A DNA stretch of 64,000 nucleotides. Origin: the human T2T-CHM13v2.0 reference genome, Homo sapiens. The position numbers were made by a program, and so were the translations under genes. Positions 42,108-53,775 of the stretch are shown here, piece after piece (position 1 is the stretch's first letter; each line of letters starts with the position of its first letter). The notes under the pieces are model-generated. The model was not told where the DNA came from. It saw nothing but the letters and a program-made list of their open reading frames with translations, and searched no databases. The DNA lies in the NCBI RefSeq assembly GCF_009914755.1, contig NC_060936.1, one strand, 5' to 3'.

Positions 42108-43304
42108 GAGTCTTTTTGTAGAATCTGATAATGGACACTTGGAGCGCTTTGAGGCCTATGGTGAAAAAGGAAATATCTCCACATAAAAACTAGAAAGAAA
42201 TATTCTGAGAAACTTCATTCAATGCGTGGATTCATCTCACAGAGTTGAACACTTCTTTTGATTGAACAGTTTGGAAACGGTCCTTTTGTAGATTGTGCAT
42301 AGGGATATTTTTGAGCCTATTGAGGCCTTCGGTGAAAAAGGAAATATCTTCACATAAAAACCAGACAGAATCTTTCTGAGAAACTTCCTTGTGATGTGTG
42401 CATTCATTTCACAGAGCTGAAACTTTCTTTTGATTGAGCAGTTTGGAAACAGTCTTTTTGTAGAATCTGCAATGGATATTTGGAATGCTTTGGTGCCTAT
42501 GGTAAGAAAGAAAATATCTTCACATAAAAACTAGACAGAATCATTCTGAGAATCTCCTTTGTGATGTGTGCATTCATCTCAGGGAGTTGAAACTTTCTTT
42601 TGATGGAGCAGTTTGGAAACAGTCCTTTTGTAGTGTCTGCAGAGGGAGATTTGTGACCAGTTTAAGGACTATGGTGAAAAAGGAAATATCTTCACATAAA
42701 AACTAGACAGAAGCATTCTGAGAAACTTCTTTGTGATGTGTGCATTCATCTCACCGAGTTGAACCTTTCTTTTGATTGAATAGTTTGGAAAGAGTCCTTT
42801 TGTAGAATCGGCAAAGGGATATTTGTGAGCCCTTTGAGACCCACTGTGAAATATGAAATATCTTCACAGAAAAACTAGACAGAAGCTTTCTGAGAAATTG
42901 CTTTGTGATTGGTTCATTCATCTCACAGAGTTCAACCTTTCTTTTGATTGAGCAGTTTGGAAACAGTCTTTTTGTATAATCTGCAAAAGGATATTTGGAG
43001 TGCTTTGAGAACTATGGTGTTAAAGTAAATATCTTCACATAAAAACAAGAATGAATCTTTCTGGGAAACTTCTTTGTGATGTGTGTTTTCACCTTACAGA
43101 GTGGAACCTTTGTTTTCATTGAGCAGTTTAGAAATGAAGAGATGAGTTACCCTTTCATACCTGTGGGTTTTTCTCATTGGGTAGAATGAGAGACTTGGAA
43201 AAGAAAAAGACACAGAGACAAAGTATAGAGAAAGAATTAAGGGGGCCCAGGGGAATAGCATTCAGCATATGGAGGATCCCGCTGGCCTCTGAGTTCCCTT
43301 ACTA

Positions 43305-43310
43305 TTTATT
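43305..43310 (-). terminator. LTR5 polyadenylation signal AATAAA (copy 1)
   Basis: TTTATT on the plus strand next to GAGTTCCCTTA, the canonical LTR5 context. Confidence 0.7.
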
Positions 43311-43564
43311 GACCATTCTTGGGTGTTTCTCAGAGAGAGCGATGTGGCAGGTTCTTAGGATAATAATGGAGAGAAGGTCAGCAGATAAACACGTGAACAA
43401 AGGTCTCTCCATCATAGACAATGTAAAGATTTAATTTCTGTGCTTTAGATATGCATATACCTAAACATCTCAGGGCCTTACAGATCTGTATTGCTGCCCA
43501 CGTGTCCCACCTCAAGCCCTAAGGTGGTTTTCCCCTATCTCTGTAGATGGAACATACAATTGGG

Positions 43565-43571
43565 TTTTATA
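43565..43571 (-). promoter_or_regulatory. LTR5 TATA-like box (TATAAAA)
   Basis: TTTTATA on the plus strand within GGGTTTTATACCGAG, at the canonical LTR5 position. Activity unknown. Confidence 0.7.
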
Positions 43572-46500
43572 CCGAGAGATTCCATTGCCCAAGGAAGGTC
43601 AGGAGACAGATGCCTTCCTCTTGTCTCAACTGCAAAGAGGCATTCCTTCCTCTTATAGTAATCCTCCTCAGCACAGACCCAGTAGGGGTGTTGGGCTGGG
43701 GGATGGTCAGGTCTTTCCCTTCCTACGAGGCCATATTTCAGACTGTCACATGGGGATAAACCTTGGACAATACCTGGCTTTCTTAAGCAAAGGTCCCTGT
43801 GGCCTTCCAGTGTTTGTGTCCCTGGATAGTTGAGATTAGGGAGTGGTGATGACTCTTAAAGAGGATGCTGCCTTCAAGCATCTGTTAAACAAAGCACATC
43901 TTGTAGAGCCCTTGATCAATTTAACCCTGAGTTGCCACAGCACTCATTTCAGGGAGCACATGGTTTTCGGGGTAAGGTTACAGATTAACAGCATCTCGAG
44001 GCAGAATAATCTTTCTTAGTACAGAACAAAATGTAGTCTCCTATGTCTACTTATTTCTACATAGACACAGTAACAATCTGATCTATCTTTCATTTCCCAA
44101 CAGGAAACAGACATTTGTAGAATCTGCAGAGGGATATTCCTGAGTGGTTTGAGTCCTGTTATGAAAAAGAAATATCTTCACATAAAAACTAGACAGAAGC
44201 ATTCTGAGAAACTTCTTTGTGATGCGTGCATTCATTTCACAGAGTTGAACCTTTCTTTTCATTGAGGAGTTTGGAAACCGTCATTTTGTAGAAGCTGCAA
44301 AGGGATATTGGTGAGCCCATTGAGGTCTATGGTGAAATAGGAAATAACTTCACATGAAAACTAGACAGAAGCTTTCTGAGAAACATCTTTGTGATGTGTG
44401 CATTCATCTTACAGATTTGAACCTTTCTTTTGATGGAGCAGTTTGTAAACAGTGTTTTTGTAGAATCTGCAAAGGGATATATGTAATGATTTGAGGCCTA
44501 TTGTTAAAAAGAAATATGTTCACAAAAAAACTAGACAGAAACTTTCTGAGAAACTTCTTTTTGATGTTTGTATTCATCTGACAGAGTTGAACCTTCCTTT
44601 CTTTTGATTGAGCAGTTTGGAAACAGTCTTTCTGTAGAATATGCACAGGGATATCTGTGAGCAGTTTGTAGCCTATGGTGAAAAAGGAAATATCTTCACA
44701 TAAAAACTAGACAGAAGCATTCTGAGAAACATATTTGTGATGTGTGCATTCATTTCACAGAGTTTAGCCTTTCTTTTGATTGAGCAGTTTGGAAACAGTC
44801 TTTTTCTAGTATCTGCAAAGGGATATTAGTGAGCGGTTTGAGGCCTATGGTGAAATAGGAAATATCTCCACATTAAAACTAGACAGAAACTTTTTTAAAA
44901 ACTTCTTTGGGAAGTTTGCATTCATCTCACAGAGTTGACCATTTCTTTTCATTGAGCAGTTTGGAAACAGTCTTTTTGTACAATCTGCAAAGGGATATTT
45001 CTGAGCGGTTTAAGGCCTATGGTGAATACGGAAATATCTTCACTTAAAAACTAGGCAGAAGCATTCTAATAAACTTCTTTGTGTAGTGTGCATATCTCAT
45101 AGAGATGAATAAGTCTTTTGATTGAGCAGTTTAGAAACAGACTTTTGGTAGAATCTGCAAAGGGATACTTGTGAGCCCTTTGAGGCCTAGGGTGAAATAG
45201 GAAATATCTTCACATAAAAACTAGACAGAAGATTACTGAGAAACTTCTTTGTGATATGTGTTTTCTCCTAACGGAGTTGAACCACTCTTTTGATTGAGCA
45301 GTTTGGAAAAAGTCTTTTTGTAGAAACTGCAAATGAATATTTGGAGCTTTTTGAGGCCTATGGTGAAAAAGAAAATATCTTCACATAAAAACTAGACAGA
45401 AGCATTCTGAGAAACTTCTTTGTGATGTGTGCATTCATCTCACAAAGTTGAAATTTTTTTTAATTGAGCAGTTCGGAAACAGTCTTTTTGTTTAATCTTC
45501 CCTAGGATATTTGTGAGCCCATTAAGACCTATGGTGAAAAAGGAAATATCTTCCCAGAAAAACTAGATAAAAGCTTTCTGAGAAACTTCTTTCTGATGTG
45601 TGCATTCATATCACAGAGTTGCACCTTTCTTTTGATTGAGCAGTTTGGAAACAGTCTTTTTGTAGAATCTGCAAATAGATATTTGAGTGCTTTGAGGCCT
45701 ATGGTGAAAAAGGAAATATCTTCACATAAAAACTAGACATAAGCTTTCTGAGGAACTTCTTTGTGATGTGCGCTTTCATCTCACAGAGTTGAACCTGTCT
45801 TTTGATTGAGAGGTTTGGAAACAGTCTTTTTGTAGAATCTGCAAAGGGTTATTTGTGAGCCCTTTGAGGGTTATGGTGAAAAAGGAAATATCTTCACATA
45901 AAAACTAGACAGAAGCTTTCTTAGAAACTTCTTTGTGATGAATGCTATCATTTCACAGAGTTGAAACTTTCTTTTGATGGAGCAGTTTGTAAACAGTCTT
46001 TTTGTATAATCTGCAAATGGATATATGGAGCCATTTGTGCCCTATGGTGAAATAGAAAATATCTTCAAATAAAAACTAGACAGAAAGTTTCTGAGAAACT
46101 TATTTTTGATGTATGCATTCATCTGACAGAGTGGAACCTTTCTTTTGATTGAACAGTTTGGAAACAGTCTTTTTGTAGAATCTGCACAGAGAAACTCGTG
46201 AGTGTTTTGTGGCCTATGTTGAAAAAGGAAATATCTTCACATAAAAACTAAATAGAAGCATTTCGAGAATCTTCTTTGTTATGTGTGCATTCATCTCACA
46301 GAGATGAACCTTTCTTTTGATTGAGCAGTTTTGAAACAGTATTCTTGAAGAATCTGCAAAGGGACATTTGTGGGCCCATTGAGACCTAATGTGAAATAGG
46401 AATTACATTCACATAAAAACTAGATAGAAGCGTTCTGAGATACTTTTTTGTGATGTGTGCTTTCATCTAACAGAGTTGCACCTGTCTTTTGATTGTGCTG

Positions 46501-47340
46501 ATTGGAAACAGTCTTTTCATAGAATCTTCAAATGGATATTTGGAGCTTTCTGAGACCTATGGTGAAAAAGGAAATATCTTCACATAAAAACTAGACAAAA
46601 GCTTTCTGAGAAACTTCTTTGTGATGCGTGCATTCATCTCACAGAGTTGAACCTTTCTTTTGATGGAGCAGTTTGCAAACCATCCTTTTGTAGAATATTG
46701 AATGTGATATTTGTGAGCCCTTTGAGGCCTATGGTAAAATAGGAAATATCTTCACATAACAGCTAGACAGAATCTTTCTGAGAAACATCTCTGTGATGTG
46801 TGCATTCATCTCACAGAGTTGAAACTTTCCTTTTATTGAGGAGTTTGGAAACAGTCTTTTCGTAGAATCTGCAAAGGGAGAGTTCTGAGCCCTTTATCCC
46901 CTACAGTGAAATAGGAATTATCTTCACTTAGAAACTAGACAGAAGCTTTCTGAGAAACTTCTTTGGGTTGCCTGCTATCATCTCACAGACTTGAACCTTT
47001 CTCTTGATTGATCAGTTTGGAAACAGTCTTTTTGAAGTATCTGCTAATGGATATTTGGAGCACTTTGAAGCCAATGGTGAAAAAGAAAATATCTTCATAT
47101 AAAAACTGGACAGAACCATTCTGAATAACTTCTTCATGATGTGTGCATTCATCTCACAGAGTTGAAACTTTCTTTTGATTGAAGAGTTTGGAAACAATCC
47201 TTTTGTAGAATGTGCATAAGGATATTTTTGAGCCTATTGAGACCTATGGTGAAACAGGAAATATCTTCACGTAAAAACTAGACAGAAGCTTTCTGAGAAA
47301 CTTCTTTGTGATGTGTGCATTCATCTGACAGAGCTGAACC

Positions 47341-47356
47341 TTTTTTTTTTTTTTTT
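47341..47356 (+). repeat. Poly(T)16 expansion inside a monomer
   Basis: GAACC-T16-GATTG replaces TTTCTTTT. Confidence 0.85.
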
Positions 47357-47882
47357 GATTGCACAGTTTGGATGCAGTCTTTTGGTAGAATCTGCAAATG
47401 GATATTTGGAATGTTTGAGGCCTATGGTGAAACAGGAAATATCTTAACATAAAAACTAGGCAGAAGCTTTCTGAGAAACTTATTTGTGATGTGTGCATTC
47501 AGCTCACAGAGCTGAACCTTTCTTTTGATTGAGCAGTTTGGAAAGAGTCCTTTTGTAGACTCTGCAAAGGGATATTTTTGAGCCCATTGAGGCCTACAGT
47601 GAAATAGGAAATATCTTCACAAAACTAGACAGAAGTTTTTTGAGAAATTTCTTTGTGATGTGTGCATGCATCTCACAGAGTTCCACCTTTCTTTTGATTG
47701 AGCAGTTTGTAACAGTCTTTCTGTATAATCTGCAAAAGGATATTTGGAGAACTTTGAGGACTATGGTGTTAAAGTAAATATCTTCACTAACAACTAGAAA
47801 GAATCTTTCTCGGAAACTTCTTTGTGATGTATGCTTTCATCTCACACAGTTGAATCTTTCTTTTCATTGAGCGGTTTGGAAA

Positions 47883-48475
47883 TGAAGGGGTGGGTTGCCC
47901 CTCCACACTTGTGCGTGTTTCTCATTAAGTGGAATGTGAGACTTGGAAAAGAAATAAACACAGAGACAAAGTGTAGAGAAAGAAATTAGGTTGCCCAGGG
48001 GACCAGCGTTCAGCATATGGAGGATCCTGCCAGCCTCTGAGTTCCCTTAGTATTTATTGATCATTCTTGGGTGTTTCTCAGAGAGGGAAATGTGTCAGTG
48101 TCTTAGGACAATAGTGGAGGGAAGGTCAATAGATAAACACGTGAACAAAGGTCTCTCCATCATAGACAAGGTAAAGAGTTAAGTGCTGTGCTTTAGATAC
48201 ACATACACATAAACATCTCAATGCCTTACAGATCAGTATTGCAGCCAACATGTCCCACCTCAAGTCCGAAGGTGACACAGCACACATTTAACCCTGAGTT
48301 GACACAGCACACGTTTCAGGGAGCACAAGGTTTTGGGGGGGGCGGTAAGATTACAGATTAACAGCTTCTCAAGGCAGAAGAAATTTTCTTAGTACAGGAC
48401 AAAATGGAATCCCCTATGTCTACTTCTTTCTACACAGACACAGTAACAATCTGATCTCTCTTTCATTTCCCAACA
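47883..48475 (-). mobile_element. HERV-K(HML-2) LTR5 solo LTR, internally deleted (593 bp)
   Basis: The minus strand starts TGTTGGGAAATGAAAGAGAGATCAGATTGTTACTGTGTCTGTGTAGAAAGAAGTAGACATAGG and ends TGTGGAGGGGCAACCCACCCCTTCA. Perfect TSD GGAAA at 47878-47882 and 48476-48480. It lacks the segment equivalent to 43527-43918 of copy 1. Confidence 0.95.
48053..48058 (-). terminator. LTR5 polyadenylation signal AATAAA (copy 2)
   Basis: TTTATT in GAGTTCCCTTAGTATTTATTGATC. Confidence 0.65.
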
Positions 48476-51400
48476 GGAAACACTCTTTTTGTAGAATCTG
48501 CAGAGGGATATTCCTGAGTGGTTTGAGGCCTGTTGTGAAAAAGAAATATCTTCACATAAAAACTACACAGAAGCATGCTGAGAAACTACTTTGTGATGTG
48601 TGCATTCATTTCACACAGTTGAACCTTTCTTTTGATTGAGCAGTTTGGAAACAGTCTTTATGTAGAATCTGCAAAGGGATATTTGTGAACCCATTGAGGT
48701 CTATGGTGAAATAGGAAACAACTTCACATAAAAACTAGACAGAAGCTTTCTGAGAAACATCTTTGTGATGTGTGCATTCACCTCACAGATTTGAAACTTT
48801 CTTTTGATTGAGCAGTTTGTAAACAGTGTTTTCATAGAATCTTCAAAGGGATATACACAATGAATTGAGGTCTTTGGTGAAAAAAGAAATATATTCACAT
48901 AAAAACTAGACAGAAACTTTCTGAGAAACTTCTTTTTGATGTTTGCATTCATCTGACAGAGTTAAACCTTTCTTTTGATTGAGCAATTTGGAAACAGTCT
49001 TTTTGTACAATACACACAGGAATATCCGTGAGCGGTTTGTGGCCTATGGTGAAAAAGGAAATATCTTTACATAAAAACTAGACAGAAGTATTCTGAGAAA
49101 CATCTTTGTGATGTGTGCATTCATCTCACAGAGTTGAACTTTTCTTTTGATTAAGCAGTTTTGAAACAATCTTTTTCTAGAATCTGCACACGGATATTTG
49201 TGAGTGGTTTGAGGCCTATGGTGAAATAGGAAATATCTCCACGTAAAAACGAGACAGAAATTATGTAAAACTTCTTTGGGAAGTTTGCATTCATCTCACA
49301 GTGTTGACTATTTCTTTTCATTGATCAGTTTGGAAACAGTCTTTTTGTACAATCTGCAAAGGGATATTTCTGAGTGGTTTAAGAACTATGGTGAAAAAGG
49401 AAATATCTTCACTTAAAAACTAGGCAGAAGCATTCTGAGAAACTTCTTTGTGATATGTGCATTCATCTCATAGAGATGAATATGTCTTTTGATTGAGCAG
49501 TTTAGAAACAGATGTTTTGTAGAATCTGCAAAGAGATATTTGTGAGCCCTTTGAGGCCTACGGTGAAATAGGAAGTATCTTCACATAAAAACTAGATGGA
49601 AGCTTTTGAGAAACTTATTTGTAATATGTGCTTTCTTCTCACAGAGTTGAACCATTCTTTTGATTGAGCAGTTTGGAAAAAGTCTTTTTGTAGAAATTGC
49701 AAGTGGATATTTGGAGAGCTTTGAGGCCTATGGTGAAAAAGGAAATATCTTCACATAAAAACTAGACAGAAGCATTCTGAGAAACTTCTTTGTGATGTGT
49801 GCATTCACCTCACAGAGTTGAAATTTTTTGTGATTGAGCAGTTTGGAAACAGTCTTTTTGTATAATCTTCCCTGGGATATTTGTGAGCCCATTAAGGCCT
49901 ATGGTGGAAAAGGAAATATCTTCACATAAAAACTAGACAGAAGCTTTCTGAGAAATTTCTTTCTGATGTGTGCATTCATATGACAGAGTTGCACCTTTCT
50001 TTTGATTGAGCAGTTTGGAAACAGTCTTTTTGTAGAATCTGCCAATGAATATTTGGAGTGCTTTGAGGCCTGTGGTGAAAAAGGAAATATCTTCACATAA
50101 AAACTAGACATAAGCTTTCTGAGGAAGTTCTTTGTGATGTGTGATTTCATCTCACAGAGTTGAACCTTTGTTTTGATTGAGCCATTTGGAAACAGTCTTT
50201 TGGTAAAATCTGCAAAGGGTTTTTTGTGAGTCCTTTGAGGGTTATTTTAAAAAAGGAAATATCTTCACATAAAAACTAGATGGCATTTTTCATAGAAACT
50301 TCTTTGCAATGTGTGTTTTCATCTCACAGAGTTGAAGCTTTCTTTTGATTGAGCAGGTTGTAAGCGGTCCTTTTGTACAATCTGCAAATGGATATATGGA
50401 GCCATTTGTGCCCTATGGTGAAATAGGAAATATCTTCGCATAAAAACTAGACGGAAACTTTCTGAGAAACTTCTTTGTGACATGTACATTCATCTCATAG
50501 AGTTGACCCATTCTTTTGATTGCTCAGTTTCAAAAAGGTATTTTTGTAAAATCTGCAAAGGGACATTTATGAGCAGATTGAAGCCTAATGTGAAATAGGA
50601 ATTACATTCACATAAAAAGTAGAGAGAAGCATTCCAAGAAACATTTTGTGATGTGTGCTCTCATCTAACATAGTTGCACATTTCCTTTGATTGACCAGAT
50701 TGGAAACAGTCTTTCCATAGTATCTGCAAATGGATATTTGGAGTGCTCTGAGGCCTATGGTGAAAAGGGAATATCTTCATATAAAAACTAGACAGAAGAT
50801 TTCTGAGAAACAGCTTTGTGACGTGTGCATTTATCTCACAGAGATGAAATTTTCTTTTGATTGAGTAGTTTGTAAACAGTCTTTTTGTACAATCTGCAAA
50901 TAAATATTTCGAAGCAGTTTGAGGCCTATGGTGAAAAAGAAATATCTACAGATAAATACTAGACAGAAGAATTCTGAGAAACTTCTTTGTGACGTGTGAA
51001 TTTATCTCACAGAGTTGAATATTTCTTTTGATTGAGCAATTTGGAAACAGTCTTTTTGTAGAATCTGCAATAGGATATTTGTGAGCCCTATGAGGTCTAT
51101 GGAGAAAAAGGAAATAACTTCACATAAAAACTAGACAGAAGTCTTCTGAGAAACGCCTTTGTGATATGTGCTTTCATCTCAAAGAGTTGAACGTTTCTTT
51201 TGATTGAGCAGTTTGGAAACAGTCCTTTTGTATAATCTGCCCAGGGTTATTTGTGAGCCCATTGTGGCCTATGGTGAAATAGGAAATAGATTCACATACG
51301 AACTGGAGAGAAGGTTTCTGAGAAACTTTTTTGTGATGTGTGCATTCATCTCACAGAGTTGAACCTATCTTTTGATTGAGCCATTTGGAAACAGTTTCTT

Positions 51401-53758
51401 AGTAGAAACTGCAGTGGGATATTTGTGAGTGGCTTGAGGTCTATGGTGAAAAAGGAAATATCTTCACATAAAAACTAGACAGAAGAATTCTGAGACACTT
51501 ATTGGTGATATGTGCTTTCATCTCACAGAGTTGAACCTTTCTTTTGATTAAGCAGTTTGGAAGCAGTGTTTTTGTAGAATCTGCAGAAGTATATTCATTA
51601 TCAGTTTGAGGTCTATGGTAAAAAGAAAATATCATCACAAAAAAAAAGACACAAGCATTCTGAGAAACTTCTTTGTGATGTGTGCATTCATCTTACAGAG
51701 TCGAACATTTTTTTTGATTGAGCAGTTTGGTAACAGTCTTTTTGTACAATCTGCACATGGATATTTGTGAGCCCATTGAGGCCATTGGTGAAAAAGGAAA
51801 TATCTTCACATAAATACTGGACAGAAGCATTCTGAGAAACTTCTTTGTGATGTGTGCATTCATCTCACAGAGATGAACTTTCTTTTGATTGAGCCATTTT
51901 GAAACAGTATTTTTATAAAATCTGCAAAGGGATATTTGTGAGCCCATTGAGGATTAATGTGAAATAGCAATTACCCTCACATAAAAACTAGACTGATGCA
52001 TTCTGAGAAACTTTTTTGTGATGTTTGCTTTCATCTGACAGAGTTGCACATTTCTTTTGATTAAGCAGTTTGGAAACAGTCTTTTTGTAAAATCTGCAAA
52101 TGGATATTTGGAGTGCTTTGAGGCCTATGGTGAGAAAGGAAATATCTTCACATGAAAACTAGACAGAAGCTTTATGAGAAACTTATGATGTGTGCATTCA
52201 TCTCACAGAGTTGAACGTTTCTTTTGATTGATCAGTTTGGAAACAGTCTTTTTGTACAATATGCAAAGGGGTATTTCTGAGCTGTTTGAGGCCATTGGTG
52301 AAAAAGAAATATCTTCAGATAAGTACTAGACAGAAGCACTCTGAGAAACTTTCTTGGGATGTGTGCATTCATCTCACAGAGTTGAACCTTTCTTTTGATT
52401 GAGCAGTTTGGATTCACTCTTTTTGTAGTATCCACAATGAGATATTTTTGAGCCCGTTGAGGCCTATGGTGAAATAGGAAATATCTTCATGTAAAAACCA
52501 GACAGAAGCCTTTTGAGAAATCTTTGTGATGTGTGCTTTCATCTCACAGATTTGAACCTTTCTTTTGATTGAGCAGTTTGGAACCCCTCTTTTTGTATAA
52601 TCTGCACAGGGATATTTGTGAGCCCATTAAGGCCTATGGTGAAACAGGAAATATATTCACATACAAACTAGACAGAAGGTTTCTGAGAAACTTCTTCGTG
52701 ATGTGTGCATTCATCTCACCGAGTTGAACCTGTCTTTTGATTGAGCAGTTTCGAAACGATCTTTTAGTAGAATCTGCAGAGGGTTATTTTTGAGCATTTT
52801 GAGGCCTATGGTGAAAAAGGAAATATCTTTACATAAAAACTAGACAGAAGCATTCTGAGAAACTTCTTTGTGATGTGTACATTCATCTCACAGAGCTGAA
52901 CCTTTCTTTTGATTGAGCCATTTGTAAACAGTCTTTTTATACAATCTACAAATGGATATTTGTGGAGATTTGAGGCCTATTGTGAAAAGGATATATCTTC
53001 ACATAAAAACCAGACAGAAACTGTCTGAAAAACTTATTTTTGATGTGTGCATTTATCTGACAGTGTCGAAACTTTCCTTTGATTGAGTAGTTTGGAAACA
53101 GCCTTTTTGGAGAATCTGCACAGGGATATTCATGAGAGGTCTGTGGCCTGTGGTGAAAAAGGAAATATCTTCATGTAAAAACTAGACAGAAGTATTCAGA
53201 GAAACTACTTTGTGATGTGTGCATTCATCTCACAGAGATGAAACTTTCTTTTGATTGAGCCGTTTGGAAAATGTCTTTTTGTAGAATCTGCAAATGGATA
53301 TTTGGGGCGTTTTGAGGCCCATGGTGAAAAAGGAAATATCTTCACATAAAAACTAGACAGAAACTTTCTGAGGAACTTATTTGTGATGTTTGCATTCATC
53401 TCACAGAGTTGAACATTTCTTTTCATTAAGCATTTTTGAAACAGTCTTTTTCTACAATCTGCAAAGGGATATTTCAGAGTGGTTGAAGGCCTATGGTGAA
53501 AAAGGAAATATCTTCATATAAAAACTAGACAGAAGCATTCTGAGAAACTTCTTCATCATGTGTGCATTCATCTCACAGAGTTCAATCTGTATTTTGATTG
53601 AGCAGTTTAGAAACAGCTTTTTGTAGAATCTGCAAAGGGATATTTGTGAGACCTCTGAGACCTATGGTGAAATAGGAAGTATCCTCACATAAAAATTAGA
53701 CAGAAGCTTTCTGAGAGACTTCTTTGTGATGTGTGCTTTCTTCTCACAGAGTTGAACG

Positions 53759-53775
53759 TTTTTTTTTTTTTTTTT
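53759..53775 (+). repeat. Poly(T)17 expansion inside a monomer
   Basis: GAACG-T17-AATT at the same monomer position as the 47341 tract. Confidence 0.85.

Larger units (their letters stand above)
43135..44102 (-). mobile_element. HERV-K(HML-2) LTR5 solo LTR, full length (968 bp), old/diverged
   Basis: The minus strand begins TGTTGGGAAATGAAAGATAGATCAGATTGTTACTGTGTCTATGTAGAAATAAGTAGACATAGGAGAC, matching the LTR5 5' end, and ends …CTCTTCA (TG…CA termini). Collinear LTR5 motifs include GAGTCATCACCACTCCCTAATCTCAA, CTCGGTATAAAACCC and GGATCCTCCATATGCTGAA. Flanks are AGAAA (43130-43134) and GGAAA (44103-44107), a 5-bp TSD with one substitution. Subfamily (LTR5B-like vs others) is not settled by eye. 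Confidence 0.95.
41700..50800 (+). repeat. Old tandem duplication of a satellite+LTR unit (~41700-46600 and ~46600-50800)
   Basis: Shared markers at offsets ~4915 (GTAGAATATTGAAT, ~41774/~46690), 4748 (LTR left edges), 4373 (LTR right edges), ~4370 (TAATCTTCCCT(A/G)GG) and ~4200 (CTAATGTGAAATAGGAATTACATTC). Boundaries are approximate. Confidence 0.85.

Noticed and set aside
42326-42343. Possible CENP-B box (CTTCGGTGAAAAAGGAA)
   Set aside because: It has TTCG but lacks the required CGGG, so it is a mutated A-type box. I saw no intact CENP-B box anywhere, though a motif scan is needed for certainty.
43177-43833. Three non-satellite-looking ORFs
   Set aside because: They lie antisense within the solo LTR, and no gag, pol, env or rec sequence is present.
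43135-48475. Two same-orientation LTRs as the ends of a provirus or a composite element
   Set aside because: The intervening DNA is alpha satellite with no primer-binding site or internal ERV sequence, and each LTR has its own TSD pair and paralogous flanks.
47883-48475. Deleted LTR as an SVA/SINE-R fragment
   Set aside because: It keeps both LTR termini including U5, has an integrase-type 5-bp TSD, and has no env remnant, VNTR or poly(A) tail.
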